Shown here: positions 11,353 through 20,901 of the stretch, one piece after another
Position numbering within the stretch: the stretch's first letter is position 1
Layout: every line of letters begins with the position of its first letter
Source: Alkalilimnicola ehrlichii MLHE-1
Lineage (GTDB): Bacteria > Pseudomonadota > Gammaproteobacteria > Nitrococcales > Halorhodospiraceae
DNA length: 32,000 bases
Assembly (NCBI RefSeq): GCF_000014785.1
Contig: NC_008340.1
Span: 1-32,000 of the forward strand
Direction: 5' to 3'
Translations under genes and position numbers: made by a program
Notes under the pieces: model-generated
The model's database searches: none
Told to the model about the DNA's origin: nothing
The model's input: only the letters and a program-made list of their open reading frames with translations

Positions 11353-12114
11353 CTACTTCCGGAAGGAACGGGTGTAGAGGGTGCCGGGGTAGCCGCGCTC
11401 GCTGATCTCCGGCATCTGCGCCTCAATCCACGCCTCGACCTCGGCCAGGACCTCGCCGACCTGCCGTCCCTCGGTGGCGATCGCCGGGCCGATCCGCACC
11501 CGGATCTCCCCGGGTTGTTTGATGATGGAGCCCCGTGGCCAGATCTCGCCGGCGTTGTGTGCTACCGGTAGGATCGGGGTGCCGGTCTCGCAGGCCAGAA
11601 TGGCACCGCCGGCGCGGTAGCGCCCCTTGCGGCCGGCCGGCACGCGGGTGCCCTCCGGAAAGATGATCACCCAGCGGCCCGCCCGCAACCGTTCCCGTCC
11701 CTGTTCCACCACCTGGCGTCGGGCCAGGGCCCCGGAGCCGCGGTCGATAGCGATGGGCTGAAGCAGCGCCAGCCCCCAGCCGAACACCGGGATGCGCATC
11801 AGCTCGCGCTTCAGCACCCAGGTCTGCGGTTGAAACCATCTCAGCAGCCCGAGCGTCTCCCACGCAGACTGGTGCTTGGCCATGACCACGCAGGGTTGCT
11901 CCGGCCGATGCGCCAGGCCCTCAACCCGGACCCGGACCCGGCAGAGCCGCTCCAGGGTCCAGAGCTGCAGGTGACCCCAGCTGGTGATCAGGCGGTAGCG
12001 CAGTCGATAGGGCAAGGGAAGGGTCAGCAGTGCCAACAGTCCCCACACCGGCAGCGTGATCACCAATAGCGCCTGGTGCAGCACGCTGGCAAAGACCACC
12101 CGGGCCCCTCTCAT
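11353..12114 (-). CDS. lysophospholipid / 1-acyl-sn-glycerol-3-phosphate acyltransferase family protein
   Basis: Acyltransferase motifs KHQSAWE and FPEGTR with an N-terminal hydrophobic segment. I prefer ATG 12114 because it forms an ATGA overlap with the gmhB stop and has GGGGGA 7 nt upstream. The track ORF extends to ATG 12129. Confidence 0.85.
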   Translation of the reverse strand: MRGARVVFASVLHQALLVITLPVWGLLALLTLPLPYRLRYRLITSWGHLQLWTLERLCRVRVRVEGLAHRPEQPCVVMAKHQSAWETLGLLRWFQPQTWVLKRELMRIPVFGWGLALLQPIAIDRGSGALARRQVVEQGRERLRAGRWVIIFPEGTRVPAGRKGRYRAGGAILACETGTPILPVAHNAGEIWPRGSIIKQPGEIRVRIGPAIATEGRQVGEVLAEVEAWIEAQMPEISERGYPGTLYTRSFRK

Positions 12115-12689
12115 GACGCTATCCCCCATTCCCCTATGAGTGCCGCCACCGCCTCGGCCAGATCGTCATAGACCGCCACCGCCCAGGGCAACCCCTGGGC
12201 CAGGGTCCGCGCCCCCTTGCCGGTACGCACCAGCATGGGCCGGGCATTGACCGCGCGGCCGGCCTCCAGGTCGCGCAGGCTGTCTCCGATCACCGGCACC
12301 CCGTCCAGCGGGCAGTCAAAGTGGGCGGCCGCCTGCAGCAGTAGCCCGGGCCGCGGCTTGCGACACTCACAGCGGTCCTCCGGGCGGTGGGGGCAGTGAA
12401 ACACCGCGTCGATCCGCGCACCGGCCCGGGCCAGCACTGCGTGCATATGGGCGGTGATGGCCCGGTAGGTGGCGTCGTCGAACAGCCCGCGACCGATCCC
12501 GCTCTGATTGGTGCACACGGCCACCGGCACGCCGGCGCGGTTGAGGCGGGCGATTGCCTCGGCACTGCCGGGGATCACCCGCCACTCCTCCGGCGCCTTG
12601 ATATAGGCGTCGGAGTCCTGGTTGATTACCCCGTCCCGGTCGAGGATGACCAGTGGCGGGCGGTTAGCGGCCGGGCAGTCGTGAGACAT
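12111..12689 (-). CDS. gmhB: D-glycero-beta-D-manno-heptose-1,7-bisphosphate 7-phosphatase (HAD-IIIA)
   Basis: Motifs ILDRDGVIN, CTNQSG, the Zn-loop FHCPHRPEDRCECRKPRPG and GDSLRDL. Start ATG 12689 gives 192 aa. The 356-aa track ORF is an Arg/Pro-rich 5' extension running out of frame through the glyS 3' end. Confidence 0.88.
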   Translation of the reverse strand: MSHDCPAANRPPLVILDRDGVINQDSDAYIKAPEEWRVIPGSAEAIARLNRAGVPVAVCTNQSGIGRGLFDDATYRAITAHMHAVLARAGARIDAVFHCPHRPEDRCECRKPRPGLLLQAAAHFDCPLDGVPVIGDSLRDLEAGRAVNARPMLVRTGKGARTLAQGLPWAVAVYDDLAEAVAALIGEWGIAS

Positions 12690-14737
12690 CGGCGATTTCC
12701 AGGAACAGGGCCTGAATGGCCTTGAGCAGCGCCAGGCGGTTGACCCGCACGCCCGGGTCCTCGGCCATGACCAGGATGTCGTCAAAGAAGGTGTCGACAG
12801 GCTCACGCAGCCGTGCCAGCCCCTCCAGGGCGCCGGCGTAATCGCCTTCGGCGAGCCGGGGCTGCAGTTGCTCCCGGGTCGCCTCCAGGCTCCGGGCCAG
12901 GGCCTGTTCCGCCGGCTCCTTGAGCTGTGCTGAAGCGACGGTGTCCGGCACCGTCTCCCCGGCCTTGCGCAGGATGTTGCCGATCCGCTTGTTGGCCGCG
13001 GCCAGGGCCTCCGCCTCCGGCAGGCCGGCGAAGCGGCGGCAGGCCAGCAACCGGCGGTGGAAATCCAACGGGCAGCGGGGCCGAACCGCAAGCACCGCCT
13101 CGAACAGCTCCGCGCCGATCCCCTGCTCCTGGTAGTAGCCGCGCAGGCGCTCAAGGCAGAAATCGTAGACCTCCTCGGCAATGCTGCGCCCGGCGATACC
13201 CTCTGGCAGCAATACCGCGGCCCGACCCAGCAGCCCCTCCAGGTCCAGCGGCAGCTCCCCCTCGATCAGCGTCCGCATCAAGCCGAGGGCCGCGCGGCGC
13301 AGGGCAAAGGGGTCCTTGTCGCCAGTGGGGGCCAGGCCGATGGCAAAGATACCGGCCAGGGTGTCGGCGCGCTCGGCGATCGCCAGCAGACGGCCCGCCG
13401 GGGTGGCTGGTATGGCCTCGCCGGCGTAGCGCGGGCGGTAGTGTTCGAGAATGGCGTCGGCGACGGCCTTGGGTTCCCCGTCGTGGAGGGCGTAGTAACG
13501 GCCCATGATGCCCTGGAGCTCGGGAAACTCACCGACCATCTCCGTGCCCAGGTCGCAGCGGGCCAGCCAGGCGGCGCGGGCCACCGGCGCCGGGTCGTGA
13601 TCCATCTCCACCGCCAATTGTTCGGCCAGATGCGCGACCCGTTGGGTCTTGTCGTAAAGGGTGCCGAGCTGCTTCTGGAAGATCACCCCCTTGAGATCGG
13701 CCAGCCGATCGATGAGGGGGCGCTTGCGATCCTGTTGCCAGAAGAAGTCGGCGTCCGCCAGCCGGGGCCGGATCACCCGCTCGTTGCCGGAGCGGACCTG
13801 ATCCGGATCGCGGCTCTCGATGTTGGCCACGGTAATGAACAGCGGCAACAGCTGACCGTCCTGGCCGCGGACGGGGAAATACTTTTGGTGGCCTTGCATG
13901 CTGGAGATCAACGCTTCCTCGGGCACCTCCAGGAAGCCGGGGTCGAAGCTGCCCACCAGCGGCACGGGCCACTCCACCAGGGCCGTCACCTCATCGAGCA
14001 GGCCCTCGTCCATGATCGCTACCCCCTGCTCCTGCTCGGCCAGCCGCAGCACACCGCGTCGGATCCTCTCCCGCCGCGCCTCGAAGCTCGCCTCCACCCG
14101 GCCCTCGCCCCGCAGCCGCTCGGCGTAGTCATCGGCGCTGGCCAGCTCGATGGGCTCCGGGGCATGGAAGCGGTGGCCGCGGGTGGTCCGGCCGGACGTC
14201 ACATCCATCAGCGTGGCCGGTACCACGTCGGCGCCGAGCAGGAAGACGATCCAATGGACCGGCCGCACGAAGGTGGCCTGGCCGCTGCCCCAGCGCATCC
14301 GCTTGGGAATGGGGAGGCGGGAGAGGCTCTGGTTGACGATGTCAGGGAGCAACTCCGTGGCCGCGCGGCCGGGCTGCACACCGCGCCAGGCGAGCCAAGT
14401 GCCTTTGGGGGTCTCCAGACGCTCCAGCTGCTCCACCGTGGCGCCACAGGAGCGGGCAAAGCCCTCGGCAGCCTTGGTGGGCCGGCCGTGGTCGTCAAAG
14501 GCGACGTTCAGCGCGGGACCGCGGCGTTCGATCGCCTTGTCCTCCTGGCGGGCCTGCAGGGCCTCCACCTGCAGTGCCAGCCGGCGCGGGGTGGCGTAGC
14601 TGTGCACCGGGCCGTGCCCCAGCTCCGCCTGCTCCAGGCCCTGCACCACACCGTCGCGGAAGGCCGCCTCCAGCCTGGGCAGGGCCACCGGCGGCAGCTC
14701 CTCGGTACCGATCTCGATGAGCAGTGTGCGGGTGGAC

Positions 14738-14745
<8 letters not shown>
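12664..14745 (-). CDS. glyS: glycine--tRNA ligase beta subunit
   Basis: N-terminus [19 protein letters not shown] is typical of GlyS. It is 693 aa from ATG 14745, which overlaps the glyQ stop by 8 nt (ATGGCTGA). Confidence 0.95.
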
Positions 14746-15646
<901 letters not shown>

Positions 15647-15850
15647 CTGACCGGCCGCGCTGTCCTTTTCGTTTCTGACACTCAGGGACAAGGTAACCCC
15701 CAATCTGTTCGGCTTGCCTCGGATAAGCCGATCAGTATACCGGGTCTGCCCGCCTCCTTGCAGGCGCCCCGCCGGGATGTCTTGGATTGGTGCAGGCCGC
15801 CTCAGGGGGGTGCCCAATGGCCGGCCCGGCGGTCCATCGCCCAGGTGATG

Positions 15851-15898
15851 CGCACCCTATTGGTGCAACAACGCGGAAAGACGCGCCATCCTGGTGCG
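15851..15898 (+). promoter_or_regulatory. two NtrC (NRI) enhancer-type binding sites upstream of glnA
   Basis: CGCACCCTATTGGTGCA (15851-15867) matches TGCACCA-N3-TGGTGCA at 15 of 17 positions. CGCGCCATCCTGGTGCG (15882-15898) matches at 14 of 17. The centres are 31 bp apart, roughly 100 and 130 bp upstream of the predicted sigma-54 start. Confidence 0.7.
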
Positions 15899-15962
15899 GT
15901 TATACTGCCTGGCGACGGGGCGCAGGTCCCCTAACCCGCAGAGGCTCGGGGAATCTCACGAT

Positions 15963-15978
15963 TGGCATGCAACCTGCT
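15963..15978 (+). promoter_or_regulatory. sigma-54 (-24/-12) promoter of glnA
   Basis: TGGCATGCAACCTGCT against the consensus TGGCACG-N4-TTGCW. GG (15964-15965) and GC (15976-15977) have canonical spacing. It lies about 50 nt upstream of the glnA ATG. Confidence 0.75.
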
Positions 15979-16029
15979 TGCAAGGGCCTGCATCGACATT
16001 CCGAGCTGATCATATTCCGGAGGTACAGA

Positions 16030-17445
16030 ATGGCTCGCACCGCTGCTGACGTACTCAAGCTGATCCAGGACGAGGACGTGAAGTTCGTCGACCTGCGCTT
16101 CACCGACACCCGTGGCAAGGAACAGCACGTGACCATCCCCGCCCACGAACTGGACGAGGACATGTTCGAGGACGGCAAGATGTTCGACGGCTCCTCAATC
16201 GCGGGCTGGAAGGGCATCAACGAGTCCGACATGATCATGATGCCGGACCCGGAGACCGCCACCCTGGATCCCTTTTTCGACGATCCCACCATCAACCTCA
16301 CCTGCGACATCATCGAGCCCAGCACCATGCAGGGCTACGAGAAGGACCCCCGCTCCGTGGCCCGCCGGGCAGAGGCCTACCTGAAGTCCACCGGACTGGG
16401 TGAGAGCGCGCTGTTCGGCCCGGAGAACGAGTTTTTCGTGTTCGATGACGTGCGCTGGGGCGCCGACATGAGCGGCTCCTTCTACAAGATCGATTCGGAG
16501 GAGGCCGGCTGGAACTCCGAGCGGGTCTACGGTGACGGCAACATGGGTCACCGGCCGAAGGTAAAGGGCGGGTACTTCCCGGTACCGCCGGTGGACTCGC
16601 TGCACGATCTGCGCGCGGCCATGTGCGAGGCCCTCGAGGACCTGGGTCTGACCGTCGAGGTGCACCACCATGAGGTGGCCACGGCCGGTCAGTGTGAGAT
16701 CGGCGTCGGTCCCAACACCCTGGTGAAGAAGGCCGACGAGATTCAGAAACTCAAGTACGCCGTGCACAACGTCGCCCACGCCTACGGCAAGACCGCCACC
16801 TTCATGCCCAAGCCCCTGGTAGGCGACAACGGCAGCGGCATGCACGTGCACCAGTCGGTGATGAAGGACGGCAACAACGTCTTCGGTGGCGACAGCTACG
16901 GTGGCCTGTCCGAGTTCGCCCTGTACTACATCGGCGGCATCATCAAGCATGCCCGTGCTATCAACGCCTTCGCCAACGCCAGCACCAACAGCTACAAGCG
17001 GTTGGTCAAGGGCTTCGAGGCGCCGGTGCTGCTCGCCTACTCGGCCCGCAACCGCTCCGCCTCCATTCGCGTGCCCTACGTGCCCAACCCCAAGGCGCGC
17101 CGGATCGAGGTCCGTTTCCCGGACTCCACCGCCAACCCCTACTTCGCCTTCGCCGCGATGCTGATGGCCGGTCTGGACGGGGTGCAGAACAAGATCCATC
17201 CCGGCGAGGCCATGGACAAGGATCTCTACGATCTGCCCCCGGAGGAGGAGCGCGACATCCCGAAGGTGGCCCTGTCGCTGAATGAGGCGCTGGAGGCCCT
17301 GGATCAGGATCGCGAGTTCCTCAAACAGGGCGGGGTGTTCACCGACGACACCATCGACGCCTACATCGAGCTGAAGATGGAAGAGGTGGAGCGGTTGAAC
17401 ATGACCACCCACCCGGTGGAGTTCGACCTTTACTACAGTGTCTGA
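16030..17445 (+). CDS. glnA: glutamine synthetase type I
   Basis: Starts at [26 protein letters not shown], preceded by GGAGGT. Has [18 protein letters not shown] and the adenylylation-site region [10 protein letters not shown]. It is 471 aa. The track ORF from 15787 is a 5' over-extension. Confidence 0.96.
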   Translation: MARTAADVLKLIQDEDVKFVDLRFTDTRGKEQHVTIPAHELDEDMFEDGKMFDGSSIAGWKGINESDMIMMPDPETATLDPFFDDPTINLTCDIIEPSTMQGYEKDPRSVARRAEAYLKSTGLGESALFGPENEFFVFDDVRWGADMSGSFYKIDSEEAGWNSERVYGDGNMGHRPKVKGGYFPVPPVDSLHDLRAAMCEALEDLGLTVEVHHHEVATAGQCEIGVGPNTLVKKADEIQKLKYAVHNVAHAYGKTATFMPKPLVGDNGSGMHVHQSVMKDGNNVFGGDSYGGLSEFALYYIGGIIKHARAINAFANASTNSYKRLVKGFEAPVLLAYSARNRSASIRVPYVPNPKARRIEVRFPDSTANPYFAFAAMLMAGLDGVQNKIHPGEAMDKDLYDLPPEEERDIPKVALSLNEALEALDQDREFLKQGGVFTDDTIDAYIELKMEEVERLNMTTHPVEFDLYYSV

Positions 17446-17474
17446 AGCCGGCGCTGCCGCACGACGCCATTGCA

Positions 17475-17497
17475 GGGGGCCTTCGGGCCCCCTTTTT
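17475..17497 (+). terminator. rho-independent terminator after glnA
   Basis: GGGGGCC-TTCG-GGCCCCC hairpin (17475-17492) followed by TTTTT, 30 nt after the glnA stop. Confidence 0.8.
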
Positions 17498-17554
17498 CGT
17501 GCCCGCCGGACCGGCTTGTTGTGCCGCCCCCCCGATTTGCCTAATCTGGTGGCT

Positions 17555-18082
17555 ATGAACCGAATCATCATCGCAGCCCTGCTCTGTCTGCTGCCTGCGC
17601 TCGCCACCGCCGATCGGATCTACACCTGGACCGACGACCAGGGGGTGAGGCACTACTCCGATACGCCGAAGGATCAGCGGGCGGAGGAGCTGACGCCCGA
17701 CCGGCTCAATCTCTACCAGCGCTTTACCGCACCGGTTCCCGAGCCTGCCGAACCGGACCAGGCCGCGGATGACCCGAACGCCTTTCCCGGCTATGACCGC
17801 CTGGCCATCCTCAGCCCCGGGGACGAGCAGGTGGTTCGTGACAACCTGGGCAACGTCGACGTGGAGTTGGCCCTGGAGCCGGAGCTGCAGGAGGGGCACC
17901 GCCTGGTGGCCCGGATTAACGACGAGGTGCGCGGCGAGTTCGAACGCCCCCGGTTCACCCTTGCGGAGGTCCACCGGGGGACCTGGGCGTTGCAGGTCTC
18001 GGTGGTGGACGAGGAGGGCCGCACGCTGATCGAATCGGGCACCGTTACCTTCTTCATGCATCAGGCCTCACGCCACTTCTGA
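17555..18082 (+). CDS. DUF4124-type secreted protein of unknown function
   Basis: Signal peptide MNRIIIAALLCLLPALATA, followed by the DRIYTWTDDQGVRHYSD motif characteristic of DUF4124. Located between glnA and ntrB. The track ORF from 17438 over-extends across the terminator. Confidence 0.75.
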   Translation: MNRIIIAALLCLLPALATADRIYTWTDDQGVRHYSDTPKDQRAEELTPDRLNLYQRFTAPVPEPAEPDQAADDPNAFPGYDRLAILSPGDEQVVRDNLGNVDVELALEPELQEGHRLVARINDEVRGEFERPRFTLAEVHRGTWALQVSVVDEEGRTLIESGTVTFFMHQASRHF

Positions 18083-18106
18083 TCCCCGCCCATGGCTTCG
18101 CGGCGG

Positions 18107-18128
18107 TATAATGCACTAAAATAGTGCA
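18107..18128 (+). promoter_or_regulatory. TATAAT -10 hexamer abutting a palindromic NtrC-type operator upstream of ntrB
   Basis: TATAAT at 18107-18112 runs directly into TGCACTAAAATAGTGCA (18112-18128), which matches the NtrC consensus at 15 of 17 positions and has perfectly symmetric TGCAC/GTGCA ends. No convincing -35 element is visible. Confidence 0.5.
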
Positions 18129-18202
18129 AGACTGCCTGCACCATTTGCGCGCCTCCTGCCCGACAGCGCCGTAACAAGCGGTTGTCGCGACCCTGCCTGC
18201 CC

Positions 18203-18218
18203 TGGCGCATCTCTTGCA
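18203..18218 (+). promoter_or_regulatory. sigma-54-like -24/-12 element immediately upstream of ntrB
   Basis: TGGCGCATCTCTTGCA against TGGCACG-N4-TTGCW, with canonical GG/GC spacing. It ends only 12 nt before the ntrB ATG at 18231. Confidence 0.45.
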
Positions 18219-18230
18219 AAGTAAGCCGAC

Positions 18231-19283
18231 ATGGAAACGCACACCCCCCCGTACGTGGACCTTCTGGAGCACATCACCACCGCCGTGGTGATGATGGATA
18301 CGGATACCCGGGTCCTCCACCTGAATCCCGCGGCGGAGATGCTGTTCCGGGTGAGCCTCCGCCAGGTCTCCGGCCAGCCGCTGCTGGCCTTTGCCCCGTC
18401 GGCGGAATTGCTGGACACCCTGGTGCGCGACGTGGTGGAGACCGGCCGGACCTATACTCAGCGTGAGCGCCGCCTGCCGGTGAGCCAGAACCACCTGATC
18501 ACCGTGGATTGCACTGTCACCCCGATGCCCAACGGCCGGGTCCTGCTGGAACTGGCCGAGATCGACCGCCACCTGCGCATCACCCGCGAGCACCATCTGG
18601 TGGCCCAGAACCGGGCCATCCGGGAGCTGATCCGCGGTCTCGCCCATGAGATCAAGAATCCGCTGGGCGGCTTGCGTGGGGCGGCGCAATTGTTGGAGCG
18701 GGAGCTGGCCGGAGAAGAGCTGCGCGAATACACCCAGGTGATCATCAACGAGGCGGACCGCCTGCAAAACCTGGTGGACAGCCTGCTCGGTCCCAATGCG
18801 GTGCCGCGGCGGGAACCGGTGAATATCCACCAGGTGCTGGAGCGGGTGCGCCAGCTGGTCGTGGCTGAGGCCCCGGCCGGCGTGCAGCTGGAACGCGATT
18901 ACGACCCGAGCATCCCCCCGGTGACGGCGCAGTTCGACCATCTGGTCCAGGCGTGCCTCAACTTGGTGCGCAATGCCCTGCAGGCGGTGGCCGGCGAAGG
19001 CACCATCACCCTACGCACCCGTACCCAGCGTCAGTTCACCATTGCCGGCCGCAACCACAAGCTGGTGGCGCGGATAGACGTGGTGGACGACGGGCCCGGT
19101 ATCCCCGCGGAACAATTGGAACAGATCTTTTACCCCATGGTGACCACCCGGCCGGAGGGCTCCGGGCTGGGCCTGCCGATCGCCCAGACCCTGGTTGGCC
19201 AGCACAGCGGCCTGGTCGAATGCAGCAGCGAGCCCGGGCACACGGTGTTCACCATCTGGTTACCCCTGGAGACGACCCCATGA
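18231..19283 (+). CDS. ntrB: nitrogen regulation sensor histidine kinase NtrB (NRII)
   Basis: N-terminal PAS region (LLEHITTAVVMMDTDTRVLHLNPAAEMLF), H-box LAHEIKNPLGG, N-box LNLVRNALQA, and G-boxes DDGPGIP and GSGLGL. Confidence 0.93.
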   Translation: METHTPPYVDLLEHITTAVVMMDTDTRVLHLNPAAEMLFRVSLRQVSGQPLLAFAPSAELLDTLVRDVVETGRTYTQRERRLPVSQNHLITVDCTVTPMPNGRVLLELAEIDRHLRITREHHLVAQNRAIRELIRGLAHEIKNPLGGLRGAAQLLERELAGEELREYTQVIINEADRLQNLVDSLLGPNAVPRREPVNIHQVLERVRQLVVAEAPAGVQLERDYDPSIPPVTAQFDHLVQACLNLVRNALQAVAGEGTITLRTRTQRQFTIAGRNHKLVARIDVVDDGPGIPAEQLEQIFYPMVTTRPEGSGLGLPIAQTLVGQHSGLVECSSEPGHTVFTIWLPLETTP

Positions 19284-20686
19284 AGGAACAGGCATCGGTT
19301 TGGGTGGTGGACGACGATCGGTCCATCCGCTGGGTATTGCAAAAGGCCCTGGAGCGGGCCGGTTTCAAGGTCACCTGCTTTGACACGGCCGAGCGGGTGC
19401 TGCGGGCGCTGGAGCGTAACCAGCCCGATGTGCTGTTGACCGATATCCGTATGCCCGGTGTCAGCGGGCTGGATCTGCTCGCCCAGGTGGGTGATCGCTG
19501 GCCCGATATGCCGGTGATCGTGATGACGGCCCACTCCGACCTGGACGCCGCAGTGGCCTCGTATGAGGGCGGGGCCTTTGAGTACCTACCGAAGCCCTTT
19601 GATGTGGACGAGGCGGTGGAGTTGGTCACCCGCGCCCGGGAGAGCACCCGGACGGCTGAGGCCACGGAGGCCGCGGAAGCCCCAGCCCAGCATCCGGAGA
19701 TCCTCGGTGAAGCGCCGGCGATGCAGGAGGTGTTCCGCGCCATCGGCCGCTTGTCGCGCTCGTCGGTGACGGTGTTGATCAACGGCGAATCGGGAACCGG
19801 TAAGGAGCTGGTGGCGCGGGCGCTGCATCGCCACAGCCCCCGGTCGGAGGGGCCGTTCATCGCCCTGAATATGGCGGCTATTCCGCGGGATCTGATGGAA
19901 TCGGAGCTTTTCGGGCACGAGAAGGGGGCCTTCACTGGTGCCCAGGCGACGCGCCGCGGCCGTTTTGAGCAGGCGGACGGGGGCACCCTCTTTCTCGACG
20001 AGATCGGGGATATGCCGGCGGAGCTGCAGACCCGCCTGCTGCGGGTGCTGGCGGATGGTGAGTTCTACCGGGTGGGCGCGCACACGTCGATGCGGGTGGA
20101 TGTGCGCATCATCGCCGCCACGCACCAGAACCTGGAGGCGCGGGTGGCCGACGGCTACTTCCGCGAGGACCTGTTCCACCGCCTGAACGTGATCCGGGTG
20201 CATGTGCCCTCGCTGCGCGAGCGACGGGAGGATGTGCCGTTGCTGGCCCGACACTTCCTGGCAGCGGCGGGACGGGAGCTGAACGTGGAGCCCAAGACCC
20301 TGCGCCCGGAGGTGGAGCGTTACTTCATGGGCCTGGACTGGCCGGGCAATGTGCGCCAGCTTGAGAACACCTGCCGTTGGCTGACGGTGATGGCGAGCGG
20401 GCAGGAGGTGCTGCTGGAGGATTTGCCGCCGGAGCTGCGTGAGGAGGCGGAAGCCGGTCGTCCGGGGGGCGGAAACTGGGAGACGGCGCTGAGTCGCTGG
20501 GTGGACCAGGCCCTGGCGCGGGGGCAGGAGGGGCTGCTGGATGAGCTGCAGCCGCGCTTCGAGGTGATTATGATCCGGGCCGCCCTGCAGCGGACGGGCG
20601 GCCGACGCCAGGACGCCGCCCGCCTGCTGGGGTGGGGCCGGAACACGCTGACCCGGAAGATCAAAGAACTCGGGATGGAGTTATAG
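19280..20686 (+). CDS. ntrC: nitrogen regulation response regulator NtrC (sigma-54 enhancer-binding protein)
   Basis: Receiver domain VWVVDDDRSIRWVL...LLTDIRMPG, AAA+ GESGTGKE, the sigma-54 contact loop ESELFGHEKGAFTGA and a C-terminal HTH AARLLGWGRNTLTRKIKELG. ATG 19280 overlaps the ntrB stop (ATGA). The track ORF from 18953 is an over-extension. Confidence 0.95.
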   Translation: MKEQASVWVVDDDRSIRWVLQKALERAGFKVTCFDTAERVLRALERNQPDVLLTDIRMPGVSGLDLLAQVGDRWPDMPVIVMTAHSDLDAAVASYEGGAFEYLPKPFDVDEAVELVTRARESTRTAEATEAAEAPAQHPEILGEAPAMQEVFRAIGRLSRSSVTVLINGESGTGKELVARALHRHSPRSEGPFIALNMAAIPRDLMESELFGHEKGAFTGAQATRRGRFEQADGGTLFLDEIGDMPAELQTRLLRVLADGEFYRVGAHTSMRVDVRIIAATHQNLEARVADGYFREDLFHRLNVIRVHVPSLRERREDVPLLARHFLAAAGRELNVEPKTLRPEVERYFMGLDWPGNVRQLENTCRWLTVMASGQEVLLEDLPPELREEAEAGRPGGGNWETALSRWVDQALARGQEGLLDELQPRFEVIMIRAALQRTGGRRQDAARLLGWGRNTLTRKIKELGMEL

Positions 20687-20691
20687 GGGGA

Positions 20692-20898
20692 GCGGCTTGG
20701 GCCGGCGGGCCGGGGGCGGGGGGTACCGGCAGGCCTCCGATTGCGCACCCCTTCGGGGTGCCCTGCGCTACTCGGGAAAAATCGGCGCGCGTGAACTCGC
20801 TTCGCTCGAACAGGCACGCGCTTTTCCCGATTTTTCCCTGCGTTGCTCGGTGCGCAAAAGTCGGCCTGCCGGCACCCCCCGCCCCCGGCCCAAGCCGC
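20692..20898. repeat. ~207-bp compound imperfect palindrome (REP/MITE-like) filling the ntrC/queE convergent gap
   Basis: Outer arms 20692-20735 and 20863-20898 are reverse complements, apart from a ~6-nt insertion in the left arm and one T/C difference. Nested inverted pairs are TTGCGCACC (20741-20749) with GGTGCGCAA (20849-20857), GGGAAAAATCGG (20774-20785) with CCGATTTTTCCC (20827-20838), and GCGCGTG (20787-20793) with CACGCGC (20815-20821). There is also a local hairpin GCACCCC-TTC-GGGGTGC (20745-20761). Confidence 0.8.
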
Positions 20899-20901
20899 GC
20901 G

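Noticed and set aside
12690-13181. A 5' extension of the gmhB reading frame that gives a 356-aa ORF overlapping the glyS 3' end on the same strand.
   Set aside because: The extension is Arg/Pro/Ser/Cys/Trp-rich nonsense (…[22 protein letters not shown]…), out of frame with the well-conserved GlyS C-terminus. The HAD phosphatase domain begins right after the internal ATG at 12689.
15787-16029. Upstream extensions of the glnA ORF (from 15787), the ntrC ORF (from 18953), the DUF4124 ORF (from 17438), the aroQ ORF (from 27847), the OMP ORF (from 30162) and the glyS and glyQ ORFs.
   Set aside because: In each case the conserved protein N-terminus starts at an internal ATG, or GTG for glyQ. That start has a better ribosome-binding site or a stop-start overlap. 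The extension covers promoter, terminator or upstream-gene sequence.
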